The notes beneath the pieces are model-generated. The model was not told where the DNA came from and made no database searches. It saw only the letters and a list, made by a program, of their open reading frames with translations. The translations under genes were made by a program, and so were the position numbers. A DNA stretch of 61,880 nt, the filler included. It is 6 parts of 6 records of this genome, joined end to end, with 100 filler letters (N's around TTAATTAATTAA, not from the genome) between each part and the next. Parts side by side here need not be neighbours in the genome. Positions count along the whole stretch, not along the records: positions 1 to 14,839 come from SRR31156797_10418; 5 more parts are not named here. One strand, 5' to 3'. This document shows positions 1 to 9,774 of this stretch, one piece after another; position 1 is the stretch's first letter; each line of letters opens with the position of its first letter.

Positions 1-2
1 AT

Positions 3-155
3 CAAACCGAAGTACAGGAAATACGATTTGAATTAAAGCCGGTTGATGAGGGATTAAAGGGGCAGCGAATTTCTGTGCCAATCAGTAATGTTACCCGTCG
101 GGCCGATAAACTATTTAAGGTCGTAGATGCGTCGGAGGTGAAAGAACGTAAGTAG
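3..155 (+). CDS. 3' end of an unidentified CDS (truncated by window start)
   Basis: Open frame of 50 codons (QTEVQEIRFELKP...EVKERK) ending in TAG at 153-155; family not recognised. Confidence 0.4.
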   Translation, partial: QTEVQEIRFELKPVDEGLKGQRISVPISNVTRRADKLFKVVDASEVKERK

Positions 156-220
156 ATTTACTCGCGTTCATTTTATTTTCTGACAAAAACAAGCTAATTT
201 AACGGCTGAAAGTCAAAGAG

Positions 221-1087
221 ATGGATGCGCGAAGAATTATTTTGGTTGCTTTTCTACTCGTAATTTGTTCAATCTCTGCAAGAAGTCAGTTAATCGGATT
301 TCGTGTAGCGACAAATTCAACCATCCTTGTTTCCGAGTTTGGTACTTCCGATGTGCCACATCCTGATGCTTTTTTTGCTTCTCCGGCATTGAGTTCCGAA
401 AATTTTACACCTCAACCTTCTGTAGGTATTGAGGGTGAACTTGTATTTCAGGTTACCGATAAAACTTACTTTGGTATTGAGCTGGATTATTCACATTTGA
501 AAGGAAGTAACGATAATCCTGTTTATTTCAATTATTTTCTTACTCCTTATTATTTGCATTATCAAGATGAATTTATTCATTCTCCAATCGAATATAATAC
601 ACGTTTGTTTAACCTTGCTGTAAATTATAAATACTTTTTCTTTTTAGAAAAATCATTTACACCCTTTGTAAAATTAACAGGAGTTGTAGCCTATGTTAGA
701 ACCGATTTAGAATATCAGGAATTTCCTGATTCTGAATTGGAGTGGGGCATTTTATATTCCAGGGGAACAAAAAACAGCGAACAGGATAGCTGGCCGGCAT
801 TTCATGTTGGGGGAGGAATTGGGTTTGAATACCAGATTAATGACCGGTTTTCTTTTCAGGTGGATGGAACCGCTACTGTATTAAACTCCGGAATAGTGGA
901 TGGTGTGCCTAACTTTACCTACGTCATAGAAGATGAAAATGAGCTACTAAGATATAACCGGCGTTTGTCGTTAACCGGGCAAATAAGTGCCGGAATTGTA
1001 TACTTATTTGAGATTGGAACCGGAAGACGAGGAGGACGTGGTGGTAAAACCGATCCGAATTTACCTTTCTATCGAAAGAAAAGGTAG
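221..1087 (+). CDS. Outer-membrane beta-barrel protein (PorT/OmpW-like small barrel)
   Basis: Signal peptide; alternating beta-strand patterns such as FHVGGGIGFEYQI and ISAGIVYLF. Confidence 0.65.
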   Translation: MDARRIILVAFLLVICSISARSQLIGFRVATNSTILVSEFGTSDVPHPDAFFASPALSSENFTPQPSVGIEGELVFQVTDKTYFGIELDYSHLKGSNDNPVYFNYFLTPYYLHYQDEFIHSPIEYNTRLFNLAVNYKYFFFLEKSFTPFVKLTGVVAYVRTDLEYQEFPDSELEWGILYSRGTKNSEQDSWPAFHVGGGIGFEYQINDRFSFQVDGTATVLNSGIVDGVPNFTYVIEDENELLRYNRRLSLTGQISAGIVYLFEIGTGRRGGRGGKTDPNLPFYRKKR

Positions 1088-1100
1088 TTAATAATTACAT

Positions 1101-1136
1101 AAAACAAGAAAGCGGTATATCTAACACCGCTTTCTT
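1101..1136. terminator. Intrinsic terminator hairpin between convergent genes
   Basis: AAGAAAGCGGT-9 nt-ACCGCTTTCTT stem; U-rich tail on minus strand. Confidence 0.7.
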
Positions 1137-1332
1137 CTCGAAAGACAAACAACTAATTACCTTCAAAACTTTGTATCAACAATTTCAATCAACCCCTTAA
1201 GTCCCGTAAGAATACAAAGCCGTTTATTTAATACGTTACAAAGAAGTGCTTTGTTTCGAATTCGGGATACTTTAACAAAAATTAATCAGGGATAAAGTTA
1301 TTGTTAGTTTTTGTGAGTTGATAACTAGATGA

Positions 1333-2241
1333 TTATAGTGTTTTGAAAACTTTCTCTAAGAGCTTCTTGGTTGCAAGTATTCCATCTCGCTCCGAAAGTT
1401 CTTTGCCCTCAAACTCTATCCCAATAAATCCCTTATAGCCAGCTTCATTTACAATCTTCATCAACTTATAATAATCCATATTGGCTTCATCACCCTGGGT
1501 ATTAAAAACATTCGATTTTGCGCTTACTCCTTTTGCATAAGGCATAAGTAGCTCTACTCCTTTGTAGCGATCGTAAGTTTCTCCGGTTTGATAATTAATG
1601 GTGAAATTCCCAAAGTCAGGAAGCGTACCTACTCGTTTATGATCAACCATTTCCATTACTCCAGCCAGCCATTCTCCATTGCTTGATAATCCTCCGTGAT
1701 TCTCAACAATGACATTTATTTTCATTTTATCTCCATACTCACAAAGCATATATAAGCCATCGGCTGCAAGTTTTTGTTGTTCTTCGTACTTGCCCCGACT
1801 ACCGGCATTTACCCTGATGGAGTGACACCCAAGAAAAGCAGCAGCATCAATCCATTTCTTATGGTTGTCAACCGTTTTTTCGCGTTCCTTCTTCTCAGGA
1901 TGACCTACCATTCCTTCTCCATCGCACATAATAAGTACGTTTTCAACTCCTTCTTCTTTGGTAATATTCTTGAGCTCTGCTAAGTATTTTTCATCTTTAG
2001 CTTTATCCTTAAAAAACTGGTTCACATATTCAACTCCTTCAAGTCCCAGTTGACGTGTTACTCGTGGGAAATCAAGGTTAGTCATTTCATTTGCAAAAAG
2101 AGTTTTATGAAATGACCATTCAGCGAGTGAGATTTTAAAGGGAGCTTTTGGAGCCAGTGCCGCTAAAGCAGGTGAAATAAAAATTGTGGTAGCAGTAGCA
2201 GCTGCAGTGTTTTTTAAAAAGGTTCTTCGGTTAGATTTCAT
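1333..2241 (-). CDS. Tat-exported sugar phosphate isomerase/epimerase (xylose isomerase-like TIM barrel)
   Basis: SNRRTFLK twin-arginine signal; VENHGG, LPDFGN and GIEFEG motifs. Confidence 0.85.
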   Translation of the reverse strand: MKSNRRTFLKNTAAATATTIFISPALAALAPKAPFKISLAEWSFHKTLFANEMTNLDFPRVTRQLGLEGVEYVNQFFKDKAKDEKYLAELKNITKEEGVENVLIMCDGEGMVGHPEKKEREKTVDNHKKWIDAAAFLGCHSIRVNAGSRGKYEEQQKLAADGLYMLCEYGDKMKINVIVENHGGLSSNGEWLAGVMEMVDHKRVGTLPDFGNFTINYQTGETYDRYKGVELLMPYAKGVSAKSNVFNTQGDEANMDYYKLMKIVNEAGYKGFIGIEFEGKELSERDGILATKKLLEKVFKTL

Positions 2242-2443
2242 AATTTAATCAGTAAGTAGTTTGAAAAATAAACAGGTCGAATTGTAAAAGCCGGTTTAAG
2301 TTTTTAATTAAAATCTCAGCTTTAATCCGTACACACAAATGTAAAAATAAAAAGAATGAAAAAAGCCATAATACTTGTGTTGTTGACCATTTGATGAAGG
2401 TTGTATTTTATGTATATTGCGCTCAAACTTAATCCTTAATAAT

Positions 2444-3265
2444 ATGAATGAACAATTTGAAGAGTATGTAGAAAAGGCATATGAATTGGTGGTTACTTAT
2501 GGTATGAAAGTAATTGCAGCCATTCTTGTGTTGCTGATTGGTTTGTGGGTAATTAAAATTATTACCAAAAGGACTGATAAAGTAATGGAAAAACGTTCTG
2601 TAAATGTTTCAGTTCGCGGATTCCTGCGCAGTTTGGTAAATATTCTGCTAAAAGTGATGCTGTTAATCAGTATTGCTAAAATGGTTGGAATTGAAACAAC
2701 TTCGTTTATTGCTGTGCTTGGTGCGGCCGGTTTGGCTGTTGGAATGGCGTTGCAAGGAACCCTTTCAAACTTTGCCGGCGGTGTAATGATCTTAATTTTT
2801 AAACCTTTTAAGGTTGGAGACCTAATTGTATCGCAAGGTCACCTGGGAACTGTAAAAGAGATTCATATTTTTGTAACTATTCTTTTAACTCCTGAAAACA
2901 AGACCGTTATTCTACCCAATTCTGCTGTTTCGAGCAACGATATTGTAAATTATACAACCGAAGGGGTGATTCGTGTTGATATGGATTTTGGAATTTCCTA
3001 TGAATCAAATATTAAACAGGCTAAAGATGTTCTGATGGAAATCATTGAAGGACATTCAAAAGTATTGAAAGATCCTGCACCTTTTGTAGGTGTTAAAGGA
3101 CTGGGAGATAGTTCCGTGGATTTAGCCGTTCGACCTTATGCAAAACCTGAAAATTATTGGGAAGTATACTTTGATGTATACGAAGCCGGTAAGCTTGCAC
3201 TGGATAAGGCTGGAATTACCATACCTTTCCCGCAAATGGATGTGCATTTAGAAAAGCAACAATAG
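2444..3265 (+). CDS. mscS: Small-conductance mechanosensitive channel
   Basis: GAAGLAVGMALQGTLSNFAGGVMILIFKPFKVGD signature and C-terminal IPFPQMDVH; ATG at 2444 preferred to TTG at 2417. Confidence 0.92.
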   Translation: MNEQFEEYVEKAYELVVTYGMKVIAAILVLLIGLWVIKIITKRTDKVMEKRSVNVSVRGFLRSLVNILLKVMLLISIAKMVGIETTSFIAVLGAAGLAVGMALQGTLSNFAGGVMILIFKPFKVGDLIVSQGHLGTVKEIHIFVTILLTPENKTVILPNSAVSSNDIVNYTTEGVIRVDMDFGISYESNIKQAKDVLMEIIEGHSKVLKDPAPFVGVKGLGDSSVDLAVRPYAKPENYWEVYFDVYEAGKLALDKAGITIPFPQMDVHLEKQQ

Positions 3266-3269
3266 AATC

Positions 3270-3300
3270 AAAAAAATCCGGGTAACTACCCGGATTTTTT
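3270..3300. terminator. Bidirectional intrinsic terminator
   Basis: AAAAAATCCGGGTA-ac-TACCCGGATTTTTT between convergent genes. Confidence 0.85.
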
Positions 3301-4939
3301 ATAAGTATTTATAGCGTTTAATATTTCTTTTCGGTGTCTTCTCAAATTCTTCATTTACTACTTCCACCTTAGTTAAATTCTCGTATCGGGGAAGTTCTGA
3401 ATTAACCTTTTTCATATTCTCAGCCATTATATCTCCCAATTCCGGTTCTTTTATACCATCTAGTTTCATGGTTTCGTGGTCAGGGAAAACAAGTGCTATT
3501 AGTTTGTGGTCGCGATCCACAACTACACATTCGGCAACATAGGCCTGATTGCACATTTTGGCTTCAATCTCTTCAGGGTATATATTTTGACCGGAAGGGC
3601 CTAAGAGCATGTTTTTTGATCGTCCACGAATGAAAATAAAGTTGTTTGAATCGATTATACCTAAATCTCCGGTTTTTAGCCATCCATCATCTGTGAAAGC
3701 AGCTTTGGTCTCTTCCTCATTTTTAAAATAACCCAACATTACGTTTTCACCTTTTACCTGAATTTCTCCAACCACTTTAAAAGGATCTTCCGAATCTATT
3801 CTTACTTCCATTCTGTCAACCAGACGTCCTGCTGAAGATGGCATTGTTTTGTTCCATGCTTCATAACTAATAAGAGGTCCGCACTCAGTCATCCCATATC
3901 CAATCGTAAAAGGAAAATTTATACGTTTAAAAAATTTCTCAACATCGGCACTTAAGGGCGCACCTCCAATAACAATTTCAAAGAATCTGTTTCCAAATGT
4001 TTCAATCATTTTTTTTCGAATCTTTTTTAAGATTAGAGAAGATAGACCGGGTATTTTAAGCAGAAATTTTACTGTTGGCTTTTCAATTGCAGGCAGTATC
4101 CGTTTTTTGTAAATTTTTTCAATTACCAATGGAACCGAAAGAATAAGATGAGGTTTTATATCGCAAAATGCTTTGGTAATTACGGCGGGTGAAGGCATTT
4201 TGTTTAAGAAAGTAATGTGGCAACCCAAACTTACCGGAAAAAGGAACTCAAAAAGCAGTCCGTATACATGCGCCATAGGTAAGAACGATACAATCTTTTC
4301 TCCGGCTTTTAAAGGCATGTGTTCTTGTGCAAATACGATGTTTGAAACCAGGCTTCGTTCAGGAATCATTACTCCTTTTGTGAATCCGGAAGTACCAGAG
4401 GTATAGGAAATAATACACAGGTCTTCACGTTGCCATTCTTCAAAAACAAAATTTTCTTTACTTAAACCGTGTTCATTATAGTACTTGAAACCATCGTTCA
4501 ACTTGTACTCAACATTTTCATCTTTTGAAGCATGTAAACTAAAATCTTCAAGAGCTATTATAGAATGCAAGTTTGATGAATTGTCAATATTTATTTTATC
4601 CAATAATTGTTTGGCTCCTATAATAATCTTGGTTTCAGAATGGTTAACAATATGGTTTGTATCGTTCTCGTTAAAATCCGGAAGTATTGGCACAATTACT
4701 AACCCGGCAGAAATTGCAGATAAAAATACAGCTCCCCAATGGGCTGAATTTCTTCCCAGAACAGCAATCTTGTCGCCTTTTTGGAGTCCTGCCAATTGAT
4801 AAAATAAGTGTAGCGATTTAATTATTCTTGCAATATCACCATAAGTGAAATTTTCTCCTTCAAAGTCTGAAAATGCTATATTATCCCAATTCTTCTGAAA
4901 AGTATCCGTATAAAGTATTGCCAGGTTTTTTTTACTCAT
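3299..4939 (-). CDS. Long-chain fatty acid-CoA ligase (AMP-binding family)
   Basis: YTSGTSGFTKGV, GYGMTE, GWLKTGDLG and GQNIYPEEIE motifs; likely start MSKKNL at 4939. Confidence 0.9.
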   Translation of the reverse strand: MSKKNLAILYTDTFQKNWDNIAFSDFEGENFTYGDIARIIKSLHLFYQLAGLQKGDKIAVLGRNSAHWGAVFLSAISAGLVIVPILPDFNENDTNHIVNHSETKIIIGAKQLLDKINIDNSSNLHSIIALEDFSLHASKDENVEYKLNDGFKYYNEHGLSKENFVFEEWQREDLCIISYTSGTSGFTKGVMIPERSLVSNIVFAQEHMPLKAGEKIVSFLPMAHVYGLLFEFLFPVSLGCHITFLNKMPSPAVITKAFCDIKPHLILSVPLVIEKIYKKRILPAIEKPTVKFLLKIPGLSSLILKKIRKKMIETFGNRFFEIVIGGAPLSADVEKFFKRINFPFTIGYGMTECGPLISYEAWNKTMPSSAGRLVDRMEVRIDSEDPFKVVGEIQVKGENVMLGYFKNEEETKAAFTDDGWLKTGDLGIIDSNNFIFIRGRSKNMLLGPSGQNIYPEEIEAKMCNQAYVAECVVVDRDHKLIALVFPDHETMKLDGIKEPELGDIMAENMKKVNSELPRYENLTKVEVVNEEFEKTPKRNIKRYKYL

Positions 4940-5066
4940 ATCCCTTCTTTTTTTCATGAATAAAAATACCAATTATTACCGTAAAAAAAAGAAGAGGGTT
5001 AAAATGTTGAGTGAAAGGTGTTTCTCTCTTGTGGTTTCGTCTTGGTAAAACGTTGAAAAAGGGCAT

Positions 5067-5097
5067 AAAAAAAGCCAGCCTAATAATAAGGCTGGCT
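5067..5097 (-). terminator. Intrinsic terminator
   Basis: AGCCAGCCT-7 nt-AGGCTGGCT stem followed by a T-tract on the minus strand. Confidence 0.85.
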
Positions 5098-5296
5098 CAA
5101 CTATCCTCGTTTTGCTTTCATAATTAACTGCTTGTTTTGTTTTCAGGGACAGTGAAGGACAGTAATGTGCTTGAATACAGTTAATTTTTGACCGCGGTAT
5201 CAAAATTAAAGCATAAAACAAGGATAAAAATGTGGGGAGGTAGTTTCTTCTTGTTTTTATATTTGAACAATAAATGAAAGACCGTTTTTTAAATAC
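5067..5296 (-). ncRNA. Candidate small RNA (~230 nt), putative LytTR target
   Basis: Bounded by a TAnnTTTG -7 box (5301-5308) and a terminator (5067-5097); only tiny ATG ORFs inside (longest MKAKRG); TSS approximate. Confidence 0.4.
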
Positions 5297-5300
5297 ACAT

Positions 5301-5372
5301 CAAACATAGCAATTAAGATTCGTATAAAAATTGCTAATGAATAAACGGTAGTGAATTCATGATAAACGGTAG
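5301..5372 (-). promoter_or_regulatory. LytTR-type direct repeats plus Bacteroidota -7 promoter box
   Basis: ATAAACGGTAG at 5341-5351 and 5362-5372 (21-bp period); TATGTTTG on minus strand at 5301-5308. Confidence 0.65.
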
Positions 5373-5412
5373 GTTATAACTAATTAAAGGTATTTTTAAT
5401 CAAACAATCGGG

Positions 5413-8304
5413 TCAAACAATCGGGACAGTTAATTTTACTTTTGCTCCTGGATTTTCTTTTTCAGGGTATAAATCTGCATATTTTATTGAAGTCTGAACC
5501 TTGTATTTCTCTCCAATTAGTTGAATACGTTTTTGGGTTAAAGTTGAAGCCATATTCAGGTTGTCTTTGGCTTTTGAGAAAACTTTTGATTTTTTAAATC
5601 CGATACCATTGTCAGTAATCTCAATCCCAATGCTTTTTTCGTTGATATAGCTAAATCTTACCTCAATAATTCCTGGTTCCTGAAGAGGGGAAATACCGTG
5701 CCAGATTGCATTTTCAACAAATGGTTGAACGATCATTGAAGGTATATTGAAGTCATCGTTCAGTAATTCTTCATCAACGATAATGTTATATTTAAAACGA
5801 CTGTCCATTCTAAGTTGCTCCAGTTCTATGTAGTTACGTAAGCGTTCAATTTCGTCATCAAGTTGCACATGATTTGATTTAATTGAATTCATAGTTTGTC
5901 GGATAAGACGTGCAAATTGAGAAAGATAACTTCCGGCTTCTTCAGCTTTGTTTTGAAGTAAAAACTTTTGAATGGATCCTAAGGAATTAAAAATAAAATG
6001 AGGATTCATCATGGATTGTAATGCCCTATTTTCAAGTGTTACCAATTGATGATCCTTTTCTTTTAATCTAATTTGGCGTTTATAATATTGCCTGATGAGC
6101 AAAACGCAGATTAATAGCAGAACCAGAACAGCAAAAACTTTTGTAATTATTAGTTGGTAAAAAGTAGGAACCACTTCAATTGGGAGTTCAATTACTTCAC
6201 TATATTCTTCAAGGTTCTTTCTCGACTTGAGTTTAAATGTGTACCTGCCAGGTCTTAAATTTAGGTACACCACTTCTTTTTCATCTCCTGTTATCCACTC
6301 CTTATCTATTCCCTCAAGCATATATGCATATTGAGATAGAGTGGAAGAAAAATTTAAGCTTGAGAACTCAATTTTTAACCTGTTTTTATTTTTAAATGTG
6401 ACTTTACTCTCAGATAAATCTACGATTTCATCGTTGAGGTATACATTTGAAAAGTATGGTTTGGTAGGGATAGTGATTGCGTTAACGCATTCGGAAACAG
6501 GGATATAGGTTAGCCCATTGTCCGAAGCAATATATAAGGTTTCATCCTGACAAAAAATGTCGCTTATATTGTTAAATTCAATATTTAAACGGTTAATCTT
6601 AACAGACTCACCTTTTACAACTTTAGTGGGATTGGTGATAAAGTAAACTGTCTTTACCGTGTAAAAGAACAAGGTGGTTCCATCGTAAGCAATATCAAGG
6701 ATTTTATGGCCAATCTGCTCATTGTTCTCTTTAATAATATCAAATAACTGATCTTTATGGTGCAGAATAAGTTGTTTCCCGTTAATATTCAAAATCTCGT
6801 TTTCCTTGTCTAAAACTATATTTGAACGGATTTGTTGTCCATCAAATTTCGTATAAATCTGATCACGCTTAAATATGGCATCTTCCCTATATGTAATATT
6901 AAACTCTGCATTTACAACTAAATTATCTGATTTTGAGAAAAATATATTTGAAATCCTGCCCCAGTTTAGACCTTTCAGTTTGGTTCTGATTTTATGGATA
7001 TCGAGTATTATTAATTTATTATCTAAATAACAATAAAGCTTGTTCTCATCTGTTCCAACCACTGCTTTTTTTACAAAATATGAAAAGGTTGTACTCTTTT
7101 CAAAATTTATTAAATTTTTATTTGGGATTACTGTTACATTTTTGATTACGTGTAAGTTAGTTCCTCTTCCATTTAATATTAGTGTATTGTCCTTTAGCTG
7201 AATTATATTATCAAGAATATTTTCACTTATTGAGAGTTTATTACCTAAAAGTTTCCCATTTTTAAACCAATACAACGATTTGCCATTGGTTAGCCAGATT
7301 CCATTTTGGTTTGATGGAGCAATATCTGTAATTCCTCGGTAATCAAAGTTTTCAGTTCCTATGGTTTTGTATCTAAGAATGTCACGGTTTATTTTATAAA
7401 TGCCATAGGTGTTTGAGACAGTCCAGATATTATTTTGATTGTCGAGAATTAGGTTTTGGGCTTTATCAATGTCTAAATGATAAACCAAACTATCGTTTTT
7501 ATAGCAAAATACACCTTTGTCAAAAGTCGAAATCCAAGTATATTCGTTATCAATCAGGATATCGTTTATAGTTCGGGAAGGTACGGTGATAAAGTTTCTT
7601 TTTATTAAGGTTAGGTCACGAAATATATGAATGTTGCCTTGCATATCGCAAACATAAGTGAGCCCATCTTCAAGGCAAAATGTTCTTTGTGCAAAAAAGT
7701 TTAACGGGTGAGTTTTGAGAACATGGTCGATGTTTTTAAGTTCAATAACTTCATTCTTTTTCCAAAAAAGCAAATTACCATTTCTTGTTTTACTAATACT
7801 AAACAATCCTTTGTTTGGATCTCCGGCAATCGTAAAATCGATATATTTATTGTGCTTGGTAACGTAAATTTCCGCGGCATTATTGTAAAAATATAAAGTG
7901 GAGTCAGTATCCTGAAACATATCGTGGAAAGCAAAGCTGGTCTTTATCTCACTTAGAAACCCTCGATTTTCAGCATTGTAAATATTGTTATTGTGGTAGA
8001 AGTTAGTTGAACCATCAATATTTAAGAACCAGATACGTCCCTTTTTATCTTCTTTTATTCGGAATGTGCTTCTTGGGCTTAAACCGTCTTTTTCTGTATA
8101 ATGGACAAAGCTGGTTCCATCATAGCGCAAGACTCCTGCATTGGTTCCAAACCATATGAATCCATTTCTGTCTTGCATAGCACATAAAATGAGATTTGTT
8201 GGCAATCCGTTGGCAATGGAATAATTGGTAATAAATGGATTTTGCCCGTATAAAAGCTGACCAAAATTCAACAGAAGAATTGATATAAAAATGAATTTCT
8301 TCAC
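5413..8304 (-). CDS. LytS-family sensor histidine kinase with periplasmic beta-propeller and Y_Y_Y domain
   Basis: Signal peptide; propeller repeats (QDRNGFIWFGT, EDKKGRIWF); YAYMLEGIDKEW/LRPGRYTF Y_Y_Y domain; TM helix; LQSMMNPHFIFNSL, VENAIWHG and DNGIG; GTG start overlaps the regulator stop. Confidence 0.9.
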   Translation of the reverse strand: MKKFIFISILLLNFGQLLYGQNPFITNYSIANGLPTNLILCAMQDRNGFIWFGTNAGVLRYDGTSFVHYTEKDGLSPRSTFRIKEDKKGRIWFLNIDGSTNFYHNNNIYNAENRGFLSEIKTSFAFHDMFQDTDSTLYFYNNAAEIYVTKHNKYIDFTIAGDPNKGLFSISKTRNGNLLFWKKNEVIELKNIDHVLKTHPLNFFAQRTFCLEDGLTYVCDMQGNIHIFRDLTLIKRNFITVPSRTINDILIDNEYTWISTFDKGVFCYKNDSLVYHLDIDKAQNLILDNQNNIWTVSNTYGIYKINRDILRYKTIGTENFDYRGITDIAPSNQNGIWLTNGKSLYWFKNGKLLGNKLSISENILDNIIQLKDNTLILNGRGTNLHVIKNVTVIPNKNLINFEKSTTFSYFVKKAVVGTDENKLYCYLDNKLIILDIHKIRTKLKGLNWGRISNIFFSKSDNLVVNAEFNITYREDAIFKRDQIYTKFDGQQIRSNIVLDKENEILNINGKQLILHHKDQLFDIIKENNEQIGHKILDIAYDGTTLFFYTVKTVYFITNPTKVVKGESVKINRLNIEFNNISDIFCQDETLYIASDNGLTYIPVSECVNAITIPTKPYFSNVYLNDEIVDLSESKVTFKNKNRLKIEFSSLNFSSTLSQYAYMLEGIDKEWITGDEKEVVYLNLRPGRYTFKLKSRKNLEEYSEVIELPIEVVPTFYQLIITKVFAVLVLLLICVLLIRQYYKRQIRLKEKDHQLVTLENRALQSMMNPHFIFNSLGSIQKFLLQNKAEEAGSYLSQFARLIRQTMNSIKSNHVQLDDEIERLRNYIELEQLRMDSRFKYNIIVDEELLNDDFNIPSMIVQPFVENAIWHGISPLQEPGIIEVRFSYINEKSIGIEITDNGIGFKKSKVFSKAKDNLNMASTLTQKRIQLIGEKYKVQTSIKYADLYPEKENPGAKVKLTVPIV

Positions 8305-9098
8305 TAATCAATTGTTTTGGCATTTTTTGCAACCGCATCCTTAAATTCTGTAAACTTTCTTCGTGCTATTGTTAATTTGGTGTTGTCATCCAAAATTGCA
8401 AAACTTCCCTGGAAACTTGAGAATCCCCTTAAGTAGTTGATGTTAATAATGGTTGATTTATGAATGCGTATAAAAGTTTCCGGATCAAGGATTTTTTCAA
8501 TTTCTCCTAACGATCTGCTCGAAATAACTTTCTCCAACCCCGATACATGAAGCACACAATAATTCGCATCTGCTTCCAGGTATCTGATTTTCTCCACTTC
8601 AACTATTTGGAATCCAAATTTTTCGATTACTGTTATTTTAGGTGCATATTCAAAATCATTGTCGGCTTGTTGCGATAAGTTATTCAACGATTCGCCATAG
8701 GTATTTTGAACTACCCTGTTCTGGCGTCTAAGATCAAGGTGTGAAGTGGCTTTAGAAACTGCTTCTTTTAATTCTTCCGGGTCAATTGGTTTTAGCAAAT
8801 AATCAATGGCATTGGTTTTTATAGCCCGTAAAGCATATTCTTCGTAAGCAGTAGTAAAAATTATGGCATAATTTTCTTTTGGTATTGATGCCAGAAAATC
8901 AAAACCACTTTCACCGGGCATAGAAATATCAAGAAAAATTAAGTGTACATCATATTGCTTTAGCAATTCTCTCCCTTTTGTTGCGGAATCGGCTGTGCCA
9001 CAAATGTTTATGTTTAGGCAGTTCCGCTGAAGGAGAATCATTAACGCTTCTTGTACGTTAGCCTCGTCGTCAATAATTATGGCATTGTATATCGTCAT
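8304..9098 (-). CDS. LytTR-family response regulator
   Basis: REC domain (IIDDE, FLDISMP, FTTAY, YLLKP) plus LytTR domain (FIRIHKSTIIN); likely start MTIYNA at 9098. Confidence 0.92.
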   Translation of the reverse strand: MTIYNAIIIDDEANVQEALMILLQRNCLNINICGTADSATKGRELLKQYDVHLIFLDISMPGESGFDFLASIPKENYAIIFTTAYEEYALRAIKTNAIDYLLKPIDPEELKEAVSKATSHLDLRRQNRVVQNTYGESLNNLSQQADNDFEYAPKITVIEKFGFQIVEVEKIRYLEADANYCVLHVSGLEKVISSRSLGEIEKILDPETFIRIHKSTIININYLRGFSSFQGSFAILDDNTKLTIARRKFTEFKDAVAKNAKTID

Positions 9099-9104
9099 TC
9101 GTAA

Positions 9105-9196
9105 CAAAGTTATCAATTCTGTTAAAAGAGACACTTCTTTTGAGTGAACGGTAGGACTTAATGTATGAACGTAGCCAATTTCATGATTAACGGTAG
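9105..9196 (-). promoter_or_regulatory. Three LytTR-type boxes plus -7 box upstream of the regulator (autoregulation)
   Basis: GTGAACGGTAG (9144), ATGAACGTAG (9165), ATTAACGGTAG (9186), 21-bp period; TAACTTTG on minus strand at 9105-9112. Confidence 0.65.
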
Positions 9197-9239
9197 TTTG
9201 CATACAAGTCTTTAAAACCTATTTTGGGAATTTAGTTTT

Positions 9240-9665
9240 TTATTTTCTTAGTTTAAGCATCCTTTTTTTATAATCGATGGTTGCATTGTATTTCAGCAGA
9301 AAATCACTTCCTAATAACCCACAAATCTTAAGATCAGTTACCTGTGCGTAAATCTTGTTGATATGATTCATATCAAATAACGCTACTTTCATATTTTTTA
9401 CCTCCAGTTTTCCCAGGGAAAAATATTTTAACAGGCCTATTCTGGTTTGTATGGGGTCGTTTCCCAGGCTGGCAGAATGTAAGTCTTCACTTTCATTGCC
9501 AACCCTTTCGATAAAATCACTCAGGTTGTCATCAAATACCGATTTAGAAGCACCAGTATCTATCACCCAGAAATCATTTTTATTATTAATGAACCTGGAC
9601 TCAACAAGGATGTGAAAGTTATTTAGTTCCAGTTCTATTATCTTTATCGGTATTTTGTATAACAC
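9240..9665 (-). CDS. Retropepsin-like aspartyl protease
   Basis: VIDTGAS catalytic motif and C-terminal GLLGSDFL. Confidence 0.85.
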   Translation of the reverse strand: MLYKIPIKIIELELNNFHILVESRFINNKNDFWVIDTGASKSVFDDNLSDFIERVGNESEDLHSASLGNDPIQTRIGLLKYFSLGKLEVKNMKVALFDMNHINKIYAQVTDLKICGLLGSDFLLKYNATIDYKKRMLKLRK

Positions 9666-9774
9666 AGGCTAAAAATAGCATGAAAATAGCGGTAAAAAAA
9701 TAAAAATGTAGAAAATAAAAAGGCCCGAAGCGATGCTCCGAGCCTGAATATAGAATGAATTAATGAATTTTTTC

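Noticed and set aside
4976-5221. 81-aa minus-strand ORF
   Set aside because: TTG start, runs through a strong terminator, no recognisable protein features.
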